Of a stretch of 64,000 bases of DNA, positions 41,185-50,714 are shown piece by piece; within the stretch, counting starts at the first letter, position 1; every line of letters starts with the position of its first letter. The notes below the pieces were generated by a model that made no database searches, was not told where the DNA came from, and saw only the letters and a list, made by a program, of their open reading frames with translations. The translations under genes and the position numbers were made by a program. Origin of the DNA: a virus (Duplodnaviria > Caudoviricetes); IMG/VR virus record IMGVR_UViG_3300020577_009322, positions 32,001 to 96,000 of that record; one strand, given 5' to 3'.

Positions 41185-41652
41185 TTAGTCCTGTACAGCC
41201 GGTTTCAGTGTGCGTTTGGTAGAACCCACTGACTGACCGTTCTTAGCGTAGATGCTGTAACGCTCTTTTTGAGCATTCTGCCTGAACTCGTTTGCAGAGG
41301 CACTGAAAGGCTTGGTTGTCAACCATACGCTCCTGTCACGTTTTGCAACGTCCAGAACCAGGTCTTCACCTTCATAGTGACCCATTTGGGTCTCATCATC
41401 CCAGGTAAAATTCTCGTTGTCTTCAAAGGCATCCTGATGCACTTTGATTTCCACCACGTTCTCTGCAGTAACCGGATACACTTCACCATCCAATTCTACC
41501 GTCTGTGAACCCCTCACTTTATCCATTGGTTCCGCCAGCTCCAGGATAGCCACTTTTGTACCATCACTTGTGGTTTGTGGTGTGATCATAGTGAAATCGA
41601 AAGATACCAGAGATAGGTCTTTGATTTTCTTAAACAATGCTACTTTTGCCAT
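41185..41652 (-). CDS. Early protein, paralog of 41781..42263 (probable start MAKVALF)
   Basis: Shared SDG.KV, LAEP.DKV, ENVVE.KV, DL.LD, VWLT..FS. Confidence 0.75.
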   Translation of the reverse strand: MAKVALFKKIKDLSLVSFDFTMITPQTTSDGTKVAILELAEPMDKVRGSQTVELDGEVYPVTAENVVEIKVHQDAFEDNENFTWDDETQMGHYEGEDLVLDVAKRDRSVWLTTKPFSASANEFRQNAQKERYSIYAKNGQSVGSTKRTLKPAVQD

Positions 41653-41780
41653 CTTCTTAAATTTTAGATGATTTGAATAATATATTATCCATCCTCCCAA
41701 CAGTTGGTTTGTGTAAGGGGCAGAAATAAAAAAGAAAGCACACCTTATTAGATGTGCCTTCTTATTAAAGCTATCAGTGA

Positions 41781-42263
41781 TCAATTCTTAGCATACCTTG
41801 ACCATCTTGCCTTGTTCTTCTCGTTCCTCATGTTCTGGCCAAACTTACTGAATTTTACATCAGTCAGCCAAACCTCATCATTACCTGATAAATCCAAGAT
41901 TAAATCACCGCTGTAACTACCAGTCTTGGTCAATTCACTGGTTGGATCATTAGGATCAACCAAGTCAAAGACCCATTTGTTGTCTGGCTCATCTTTCTCT
42001 AAGGCTTTCTCGATCAATTCAACCTTTACCTTCACCTCAACCACGTTCTCCTTGTATGGATGAACACGTTGACTGGCATCATCTGGATTGGCAATGAATG
42101 TTGATGATACAACCTTGTCAATTGGCTCAGCGAGAGTGAAGATTAAGAAATCAACCTTGTTTCCATCAGAATCTGCTGAAGATACCTCTCTTCTGAAGTC
42201 AACAAAAGAGAATTTGCTCATCGGCATTTCAGCCAGTTTGGCACGTAATGAGAACTTTTCCAT
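41781..42263 (-). CDS. Early protein, paralog of 41185..41652
   Basis: Same shared motifs as 41185..41652. Confidence 0.75.
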   Translation of the reverse strand: MEKFSLRAKLAEMPMSKFSFVDFRREVSSADSDGNKVDFLIFTLAEPIDKVVSSTFIANPDDASQRVHPYKENVVEVKVKVELIEKALEKDEPDNKWVFDLVDPNDPTSELTKTGSYSGDLILDLSGNDEVWLTDVKFSKFGQNMRNEKNKARWSRYAKN

Positions 42264-42310
42264 AAATAGACAGATTTACAATTAGCTCTGTTAGGCGTTT
42301 TGATTAATGA

Positions 42311-42352
42311 GAACCAGCCAGGGAATCGAACCCTGGTTGTTCCAAACTGGTT
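42311..42352 (-). ncRNA. Mini tRNA-like element (acceptor stem plus T-arm only)
   Basis: AACCAGT-TTGGAACAAC-CAGGG-TTCGATT-CCCTG-GCTGGTT-C. Confidence 0.6.
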
Positions 42353-42807
42353 ATTCTTTATCAACATCCAGTAAATACATCATCTTATTCAGACATTGCT
42401 GACTGGTATTAGTAGGAAATGATGCATCAAATGTTCTCCTCCCAATTACTGAGCCTATCTTCTGTATTATTTCAAGCTGAGCTTTATTATTCTCAATTTT
42501 ACCAATTACAGATGTCTTTTCTTCAGTATTGATGATGAACAGACTTTCGTTACTAACTGCAGCCAGCAATCCGCTGGGCATTTGATAATATTTCATAGCT
42601 ATTGTTTATGGATTAATAATATACTCACAGTTGTGTCCTGCAATTGTGTAGTTTTTCCAGTTGGCTGGAATGATGCATGACCATTCTTAACAGTCATCAC
42701 CATTGGTGTAACAACATATTTAGTTGATACACAGCTTGTTAATAACAAAGCTAATAATAGAATTTTCATGATTAATGATTTAAATGGTTAATGATTTAAA
42801 TGGTTAA

Positions 42808-43164
42808 TTAATCCTCTTCTGTAGAGATATCTTTGAGCAGATCATCCACTTCCCAGCTTCTGAAGACTGTTATTTTGTCATCATTCTTCCTGACAGAAAC
42901 CTTAAAGGTCTGCCTCTCCTCCTTTGATAGTAAGAAGCTGAGCAATCCCCACAATGAAATGCCCTTTGTTATCCCTGCCTGATACATTCTGCAAAGAAGT
43001 GGATTAGTTACCAATTTCATATGCACTTCACATACAATACGTTCTTTTCCCACATCTTCTGCGGGAAATGTAATTTCTACGTATGATCCGTTCTCACATC
43101 CTTCCATTGCGGATTTGATAACACCGATCACATGTTCTGTTGTTTCTAAGAATCTTTGTTCCAT
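42808..43164 (-). CDS. Hypothetical early protein
   Basis: 118-aa ORF. Confidence 0.6.
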   Translation of the reverse strand: MEQRFLETTEHVIGVIKSAMEGCENGSYVEITFPAEDVGKERIVCEVHMKLVTNPLLCRMYQAGITKGISLWGLLSFLLSKEERQTFKVSVRKNDDKITVFRSWEVDDLLKDISTEED

Positions 43165-43612
43165 AAATATGAGTTGGTTGACCTATACACCATAAGGTTT
43201 TAGTAAGTAATTGGTTTTAAATGAGTTAGTCATTTCCTGACCCTTCCCATTGTTGATTAAGTAATATTATGTCTCTCCTTTCTTCCTCTGCCAGATTATT
43301 ATATCCAACAGCTACAGTGAAGCAGGCAATTGATACAATGACAAGGAAAATGTTGTCTGCAAATAAAAGCAGCAAGATACCTGCCACAAGAAAGGCAGTT
43401 GCAATTGAATTGAAGGTGTTTGTTTTCATTTTGTTTTGTTTTAATGATTAATGATTATTGTTTATTTTACTTTTTGACTAACTTTTTTCATTTCTAACCA
43501 GACTATACTAAAATTCTCTATATAGAAAGGTGGGGGATACCGGCAGATGACTTCCAATGACCGGGGCCAAATCCTTATATCCTCTCTAAATTAACAGATA
43601 AATAAAAAATAA

Positions 43613-43644
43613 TTTGGAGAATTAATTACTACTAACTATCTTTA
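43613..43644 (+). promoter_or_regulatory. Bacteroidota-type promoter at the strand switch
   Basis: TTTG-N20-TATCTTTA, ending 13 nt before the ATG at 43658. Confidence 0.65.
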
Positions 43645-43657
43645 CCAAAAGAAATAT

Positions 43658-44854
43658 ATGACAACAATATGGACTGGGATACTCCTGGCAACTATAGGGG
43701 GGATAGTCTTATCACTTAAGAATATACCTCATCTTATATATAATAAGATAAAACAGCAAATAGTATATACTGTTAAAGTTTATCAGTATGATGATTTGTT
43801 TGATATGTTAGAGAAATGGTTATCTATTAACCACACCAAACAATATAAGGATGTGGAGGCTTCTCTGCATATTCAGCAAGATTCTCTTCCCCAAGTAGAT
43901 TCTCCCACCAAACATACTCTATCTTATAAGCAGGAGGATACTACCTTTGTTATTAAGTGGGAAGGAAAACGTATTCTAATAACAAAGGAGAAAGAGAAGA
44001 TGGAGAAGATCCAATTAATAAAAGATATATGGTTCCGTAAATATTCCTTAACTTCTATAAAGGGAAAAAGTGAAACTGACTCTCTATTAAAAGAGATAAT
44101 AAGATCCTGCAGAGAGGATGAGAGTAAGAATACTATTAAGGTATACTAAAATAGTTGTTATGGGGATTGGTTTAATGGATCTTTAGTAACCGTTAAACCT
44201 TTGGAGAAAACAATTCTAAATCCTGATAAGAAGAAATATATTATTACCGATATTACCAATTTTACTAACTCAGAAGAATGGTATATAAATGTCTCAATAC
44301 CATATAAGAGGGGATATTGTTTTTATGGACCCCCTGGTACAGGTAAAACTACTCTTGCTCTTGGTATAGCCAATCATCTAAAAAGAAATATTTACTGTCT
44401 TAACTTAAATTGTTTAGAGGATGATAGTAGATTACCTGTTCTTTTTTCTAGTTTACCAGCTAACTCTGTATTATTAATAGAGGATATAGATAAGGTATTC
44501 TCAGGAAGAGAAAATGTAAAGGAAGGAAGTAAAATAACCTTCTCTGGTCTTCTAAATTGTATGGATGGAGCTTTTTATAAACACGGGTTGATTATGATTA
44601 TTACCACCAATCATATAGATAAGTTAGATGAAGCCCTATTACGTACTGGACGTATAGATATAAAAATGGAGATACCTCGTCCCTCAGATAAGGAAATCTC
44701 TGCATATTTGTCATTGTTTTATAATAGTAACATATGTATTACTGGAAATTTTTCACTAACAATGTCTGATATACAGGAGATATGCTTACATAATAGAGAT
44801 TCATCCTCTTCAGCTTATACTGAAATTCTCTCTAAAAATAATTTGCCATGTTAA
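43658..44854 (+). CDS. BCS1-like membrane-anchored AAA+ ATPase with one in-frame TAA (44147-44149)
   Basis: N-terminal TM helix; IPYKRGYCFYGPPGTGKT, LLIEDID, ITFSGLLNCMDG, TTNH, LDEALLRTGRID; the two track ORFs are in frame. Confidence 0.8.
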
Positions 44855-44872
44855 TTATTCTCCATATCTTTG
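44842..44872 (+). promoter_or_regulatory. Bacteroidota sigmaA consensus promoter
   Basis: TTTG-N19-TATCTTTG, a perfect -33/-7 match. Confidence 0.8.
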
Positions 44873-45841
44873 TGTTATGGAAAAATATTCTAAAGAAGGT
44901 GGTATATGTATTACTACTCACTATTCTAGAATTACTTATTCTCAAATATTAATAAAAGAATTATAATGGAAGTATATACAGATTACGAAAAAGCAATAGA
45001 TATGGATAAGTTATATGGATGGTGGTTTACTTACTCACCATTTATCCAGCAATGGATGGCCTGCAAGACAGAGGATAGAGAAGCCGTATATAATGATTAC
45101 TCCTCACCTAAAGTTATTAAGAGTAAGAAAATAGAAACTCTACAGGAACTGATCATTAGAAGTAATGGAAATATTGAAGAAATGAATAAGATATGTATAG
45201 AATAGATACACAGACTGGTAAGATATTTACTAAAGAAGAGTTTGAGGAATATTGGAAATCTTGTTGCATATGTGAATATAAGGACCTAGAAAAGGTATGG
45301 GATTCACTGGAGATACTCCCTCCTACGAATAATATTGAGGAGGTAAGAAGAAAGATGTCATATATATATGGATTACCTATTCCTGTAAAGGGAGATCTTA
45401 TAAAACATTCTATTAGTGATCCTAACTCATATTTTGTTGAGAATGTAATTGATGAAGATATATATGTAAGTAATATAGTTACTTATGAGAATAGTAAATG
45501 GATAGGTCCTTATATTAAAATAGAATCTACTACAATTTCCCTCATGAGACAACAACAGATACTGTATAATATATGTATGAATAAATTAAAAAATTTGGTA
45601 GAAGAATGTGTAAAGAAATAACAGTACAGATAAAAACAACAGATGAATTAGGTTTTTCTAATTATTCCTGTTTACATATTTCAACTTTAGAAGAAAAATT
45701 AGGAGATAAATTACCAAAGAGTCTCTCTAAAGAGGCTAGAAAAAAACTAGAATACATTTACTTAAATGATCCTGTTGAGGATCTAATCAAATCAATAAAC
45801 AATAATCCACATTTACATGGATTAATCAAAGCAACAAGAAT

Positions 45842-46120
45842 ATGATACAACAAGCATTAATAATAACAATGATAGTGATGTTCCTTCATGCAACAACATG
45901 GGAAGGAATGATTTTTGGAAAAATAAATAATATAATTAAACCAGAATCAATACTTTATAAGCCTGTATATGCATGTCCAATATGTATGACACCTTGGTGG
46001 GGAACAATTATATATCTACTATTTTTTCATATATCATTTATTGACTGGGTATTAACTATTGGTTGTGCTGGTGGATTCTCCACATTATCTCTTGCTATTC
46101 TTTCACTTATGAATAAATAA
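45842..46120 (+). CDS. Small membrane protein (DUF1360-like CPxC motif)
   Basis: KPVYACPICMTPWWG between hydrophobic helices. Confidence 0.55.
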   Translation: MIQQALIITMIVMFLHATTWEGMIFGKINNIIKPESILYKPVYACPICMTPWWGTIIYLLFFHISFIDWVLTIGCAGGFSTLSLAILSLMNK

Positions 46121-46163
46121 ATTTGGTAATAATAATTTTATTTGTTATTTTTACAAAAACAAT

Positions 46164-46517
46164 ATGAGAAACTTAGATCATTTATTTACATTTCCAATCA
46201 TAATGGTTGATGGAGATAACGAGGAAAGAAAGGAAGAGAGAAATAGTTTATTGGCTATTGATAATAGTGGAGATGTAGATATAATTGAAGGACAGGCAGA
46301 TGTACCATACTATGATTTTATATCAGTTAGTGATCGTTGGAAACCAACTGAAGAATCTTTAAATAAAGCCATTAATGGAAAATTTGACGCATGTGCTGTA
46401 TTATTTGCTCATTCTGGAACATTTATTGTTCCTTGGACAAAAAAGAAATTTCTCTCTGAATTAAGGGAATTCATTGAAAAACAACCTGAGAGGGGAGATA
46501 TTATTATAGGATTATAA
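46164..46517 (+). CDS. Hypothetical protein
   Basis: ORF preceded by TTTG-N20-TATTTTTA (46122-46153). Confidence 0.65.
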   Translation: MRNLDHLFTFPIIMVDGDNEERKEERNSLLAIDNSGDVDIIEGQADVPYYDFISVSDRWKPTEESLNKAINGKFDACAVLFAHSGTFIVPWTKKKFLSELREFIEKQPERGDIIIGL

Positions 46518-47047
46518 TGGAGAAGTATTATACTATATCTACAGAGAAGGAAATTTTGGACAGCTATAAATTAGCTGAAATGATTAAAAAGGATAATTGG
46601 ATTGATGAGACTACTATTATAGTAACATGTTCTCCGGATTATTCTTCCATAGTTAGTCAGATAGTTAATCATCAATTATCTCCCGCTAATAATAATGAGT
46701 TACACGGGCAAATGTTTTTAGAGATGCCATATCCAACAATGTCTCAGGTATGGAATAGTGAGAGTGGAGAGTGGGAAATGTTTGATAAATATCTTTCTTC
46801 CTGGTTCTTAAAATTAGATAAAAATAATAAATATCTATTCTTAGATAGTGGTACTTTAAGAGGAAAGAATTTTTCCAAAATAAAGACGTTAGCAAGAGGA
46901 AGAATTGACTTTAAGTTAGGAACGCTCTATTTAGAGGAGCAATCAATAGTTACTCCTGATTATTTTGTCGAGAAGTTTTCTTCTGAAGAAAAAGGTGGAC
47001 TATTATTTCAGTGGGAAAACCCACTTAATCCAAATTGGAATTACTAA
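46517..47047 (+). CDS. Phosphoribosyltransferase-fold-like protein
   Basis: YLFLDSGTLRGKNF resembles the PRPP loop; ends FQWE. Confidence 0.5.
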   Translation: MEKYYTISTEKEILDSYKLAEMIKKDNWIDETTIIVTCSPDYSSIVSQIVNHQLSPANNNELHGQMFLEMPYPTMSQVWNSESGEWEMFDKYLSSWFLKLDKNNKYLFLDSGTLRGKNFSKIKTLARGRIDFKLGTLYLEEQSIVTPDYFVEKFSSEEKGGLLFQWENPLNPNWNY

Positions 47048-47349
47048 TGGAGAAAATAATAGGAATGCTGAAATTAGCAGATATAGAGATGGTTCGTTTA
47101 GCTATAAACATATTAATACAGAATGGGATTGTAGAAGCTGAGTTATTAATGTTACTCTCTAATATTAATCCTAAATTTATATATGAATGGAATTCAGATG
47201 ATTCTATAGAAATTGTGGAAAGAGATATAATATGGAAAATGAAAAAGAAGGTAGGAATACCTCTACTTGATATGATGACGATGACTGAAATAAATAGAAT
47301 AGAGTATAATGAAGACAAATGGAAATTCACCCTTCCCACAGGAAATTAA
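47035..47349 (+). CDS. Hypothetical protein with LADIEMVRLA motif
   Basis: Recurrent motif. Confidence 0.6.
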   Translation: MELLMEKIIGMLKLADIEMVRLAINILIQNGIVEAELLMLLSNINPKFIYEWNSDDSIEIVERDIIWKMKKKVGIPLLDMMTMTEINRIEYNEDKWKFTLPTGN

Positions 47350-47605
47350 GAAATTACTTATTAGTGGTGATAAGGAGATGAGAAATTTAGGGAATGCACT
47401 TTTACCAAATTATATAGATAGTAAGACGCTAAAAATGCTAAGTAGTCCTGATAAAGAAATGGTTAATTTGGGAATTACTATATTAGCAAAGGATTATTCA
47501 TATGATGATATGATTATATTAACAAATAATTTACCACATGTAACAGTATTCTTAATGTGGAATATCTTTGATGGGAAAATGGAGTGGAAAATAAAAGACA
47601 AATAA
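47309..47605 (+). CDS. Hypothetical protein with two SxDKEMxNLG repeats
   Basis: LLISGDKEMRNLG and MLSSPDKEMVNLG. Confidence 0.65.
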   Translation: MKTNGNSPFPQEIKKLLISGDKEMRNLGNALLPNYIDSKTLKMLSSPDKEMVNLGITILAKDYSYDDMIILTNNLPHVTVFLMWNIFDGKMEWKIKDK

Positions 47606-48277
47606 CAATAAAAAAACAAAATAGATATGGGAAAGAAAAATTCTACAGAAAACAAAACAGGTATTAATCAATTAACTCCTGAACAAGAACAAATGCGTAT
47701 GCAGGTTGTAGATCTGGAAATGAAGGCTCGTTATTGGAAGGCTCAATTTGAGATCCGTAATTACACCCTGGAGAGTGAGAAGTTACAGAAACCTTATGAT
47801 GAATTCCTTCTTAAAACTAAGGAAGCGCAAGATAAGGCATACGCAGAATTTATGGCAGCAATGGAAAAAGAGAAAGCTAATACAGTACAAGAACCAGAAC
47901 AAAGGGAGGTATCAGATGTCAGTAAGTAAAAAGAGTGATTTTCATACTGCTCCACAAAATTATCAGGATGTAGATGGAATGAAAACTTTTACTGTTATTG
48001 ATCATGATGTGAAGAGTAAAATGTATGGAAAGGTATCTATGAAGATAGATGAATATAATGAGTTTCTAAAACAATACAGAAAAGAATTAATAGAGAGAAT
48101 ATTAGCTATTCCTGCAGTATTTTGTCCAGAACCTTTTCAATCATTTGTAATCAGAAATGCAGATTCTCCTACCATACAATGGAATGAAGTAATGTTAAGA
48201 GATGAAGGAGTTACTCAAGACAATTTGCGTAATCTCTGTATAATGCTAGAAAATAGTATTTAATTTAATAAATTATT

Positions 48278-48339
48278 TTAACCTACCAAATTATTATCTA
48301 AAATAAATTTGGTAGGTTAATTTATTTTTCGTATATTTT
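48278..48339 (+). promoter_or_regulatory. Promoter overlapped by an inverted repeat
   Basis: TAACCTACCAAATT...AATTTGGTAGGTTA; TTTG-N20-TATATTTT. Confidence 0.55.
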
Positions 48340-48352
48340 AGAAAACCAACTA

Positions 48353-48721
48353 ATGGAAATCAAGGCTTTCAAAGAAACAGTTTTATTATCAGAGAAGAGA
48401 GATGTTTTACGTTTACACTTATATTTTAAGTTGATCGAGAAACATATAAAGCCTTTTGAGAATGATATAAATATCATGTTAGAGTTATATGAGTTTGGTG
48501 GTTACTCTAATAGTGAAGAACAAAATAACTTTATCAAGAACTGTATAGATAAGAAATTAAAGAAATCACCACAATCTTTACGTAATACCTTATCTAAATA
48601 TGTTAGTATGGGAGTTTTTAAGAAGCCTAAGAACACTATTTTATATATTAATGAAGAGTTCTTACCTAAAGTACAGTGTGATAAGTTGATTCTTCAACAC
48701 ACAATTAGTCATGCAAAGTAA
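48353..48721 (+). CDS. Hypothetical protein, possibly wHTH DNA-binding
   Basis: SPQSLRNTLSKYVSMGVFKK pattern. Confidence 0.55.
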   Translation: MEIKAFKETVLLSEKRDVLRLHLYFKLIEKHIKPFENDINIMLELYEFGGYSNSEEQNNFIKNCIDKKLKKSPQSLRNTLSKYVSMGVFKKPKNTILYINEEFLPKVQCDKLILQHTISHAK

Positions 48722-49112
48722 CACAAAAGAAATATATAAATTAACTGCAGAGAGAACGGGTGGTGAGGAACAGACATATAAGGATATAGGTAATTTTGTT
48801 TTTACTGCTCTTTATAGACAATTAAGACGACCTAACTCATTAATAATCAGATTAAGAGGAATAGGTTATTGGTATCTACGTCGTCTAAGGATGCAAGCAA
48901 TGGTTGATTTATTTCCTCCTAATTATGAGTTAACAAGAGAAGATTTTAAGGAAGATTACGAATACTTAAAGATAGAAAATAAAAGAGAAGTATATGAGAT
49001 CTTTCAGAAAAGATTAGTTGACTATGCTGAGTATATTAAAGAAAAGAAGGAGATTAGAGATATACGTAATAAAACACAATTCCTCTTAACAGAAGTAGAT
49101 GATGAAAGTTAA
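48711..49112 (+). CDS. IHF/HU-like DNA-binding protein
   Basis: TKEIYKLTAERTG...IRLRGIGYW; typical crAss packaging-region gene. Confidence 0.55.
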   Translation: MQSNTKEIYKLTAERTGGEEQTYKDIGNFVFTALYRQLRRPNSLIIRLRGIGYWYLRRLRMQAMVDLFPPNYELTREDFKEDYEYLKIENKREVYEIFQKRLVDYAEYIKEKKEIRDIRNKTQFLLTEVDDES

Positions 49113-49410
49113 TAACAGTGAGATACGCTTGGGACCATTAAAATATGGTAATACTTATAAGTTTTCCTATGTCATAACAAATACATATAATTCAGAAGTT
49201 GAATTAAAGTTAATTATGGGATGTAAAAGTTGTACATCGGCTACAATTAAAAAGAATCCACTCCCTAAGGGAGAGGAAACACAAATAGAAGTTCAGTTTA
49301 CCCCAGGCAGTACTGGAGAGCAATTAAAGACTATTACAGTAGTAATAATGACAGGAACAGTAAGAAGACCAGATTTGGTCTTGAAATTTAAAGGAATGGT
49401 TAATGAGTAG
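49099..49410 (+). CDS. DUF1573 Ig-like protein
   Basis: ITNT...GCKSCT...PLPKGEETQIEVQF...KTITV. Confidence 0.75.
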   Translation: MMKVNNSEIRLGPLKYGNTYKFSYVITNTYNSEVELKLIMGCKSCTSATIKKNPLPKGEETQIEVQFTPGSTGEQLKTITVVIMTGTVRRPDLVLKFKGMVNE

Positions 49411-50203
49411 GATAAAATTTATTGAGAAGTCACATAGATATCTAACAGAAGATGGTGAAGATTTAATTAGTGTTAGTAAGTTTACTGAAAGATTTAAGGA
49501 GAAATTAGATTGGGATGCCATAGCTAAGAAATCAGCAGCTAAAGCAACTAAAGCAGGTACACCAACCACTAAACAAGATATCTTAGATAAATGGGCAAAT
49601 AAAAGAGATCGTTCATCAGAAGTTGGTACTCTTTTTCACAGTATCAGGGAAACTGAATTAATTAATGAACATCAACCTATCTTTTATGATGTGATTTGTA
49701 GTAAAAAATTCTCCACTTATGGAGATAATGATAAGTTATCTATTCCCATAAATGAGTTGGAAAATAATACTGTCTATCCAGAATTGATGATATATGATAT
49801 AGAACATATGATTTGTGGTCAATCAGATAAAGTTATTGTTGTAGATAACAAAATACATATTTGGGATTATAAAACTGATGCTGAGATATCCTTTAAAGGT
49901 TATTCTAGTGAATGGGTAAAACCTAGAAAATTACTTGGTCCATTATCACACTTAGATGATGTTAATGGTAATATATATTCTGTAAAGATGTCTCTTTATA
50001 TGTATATGTTATGGAAAGCTAATAAAGGACGCTTTAAACCAGGTGATATTATTATAGAACATGTTGAGTTAGAGAGAGATCCAGAGAATGACAATATACC
50101 AGTACTGAGAGATGGAAAACCAGTAGTATTATCTGTCAAGAAAATACCTCTTCCATATAGAAAGAAAGAGGTAATGAACATGTTAAAAACAATAAAATTA
50201 TAA
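49403..50203 (+). CDS. PD-(D/E)XK (RecB-like) nuclease
   Basis: ISVSKF, GTLFH, CGQSD, IWDYKT, SLYMYML. Confidence 0.8.
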   Translation: MSRIKFIEKSHRYLTEDGEDLISVSKFTERFKEKLDWDAIAKKSAAKATKAGTPTTKQDILDKWANKRDRSSEVGTLFHSIRETELINEHQPIFYDVICSKKFSTYGDNDKLSIPINELENNTVYPELMIYDIEHMICGQSDKVIVVDNKIHIWDYKTDAEISFKGYSSEWVKPRKLLGPLSHLDDVNGNIYSVKMSLYMYMLWKANKGRFKPGDIIIEHVELERDPENDNIPVLRDGKPVVLSVKKIPLPYRKKEVMNMLKTIKL

Positions 50204-50712
50204 TGGTACCTAAAATATTAGATTATGAGGATGGGAGAATAGTAGTAACAGCTAATGCTGCACTTATTCCTGAGATAAAGAATATTATAGACAAATATCC
50301 TAATCCTGAACCATATCTGGCTTATGTGCATTTAATGACTGCTCCTGATTCTCCTTATATTAATTTAGAAGATGATGAGAAAGGTGATACAGTAATATAT
50401 GATATCATACAAACATTAGGTGATTTTGATTCAGATGATGAATTATTAGAGTTAGCTTTAGATAGATTTAAACAATTCTATTCATCTACAGCAAAGAATT
50501 ACTACGATTCTTTGAAGATATCTATAGATAAAATGGCTAAATATTTAAGAGATGAGCCTATTGTTTCTGGTAGAGATGGTAATTTATCTGAAATTATTCG
50601 TATTCATAAAGAAGGGGCAACCAATATCCGTAATTTTAAGGATATTGAGAAACAAGTAGATGAGGAGTTAAAGACTAAAATGAGGGGAAAAAGTAATTTA
50701 GGAGAATATTAA
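50203..50712 (+). CDS. Conserved protein upstream of terL, possible small terminase
   Basis: Position and helical composition only. Confidence 0.45.
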   Translation: MVPKILDYEDGRIVVTANAALIPEIKNIIDKYPNPEPYLAYVHLMTAPDSPYINLEDDEKGDTVIYDIIQTLGDFDSDDELLELALDRFKQFYSSTAKNYYDSLKISIDKMAKYLRDEPIVSGRDGNLSEIIRIHKEGATNIRNFKDIEKQVDEELKTKMRGKSNLGEY

Positions 50713-50714
50713 TT

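Noticed and set aside
42772-42808. TTAATGATTTAAATGG tandem duplication
   Set aside because: Two copies of an AT-rich leader sequence; simple slippage is sufficient.
1062-43451. Plus-strand ORFs in the left arm (e.g. 4000, 10567, 28223, 36486, 37981, 40131)
   Set aside because: Antisense shadows of minus-strand genes or RNAs, with no recognisable motifs.
49403-50203. Cas4 or a CRISPR system
   Set aside because: No four-Cys cluster pattern, no array and no other cas genes; a generic PD-(D/E)XK nuclease.
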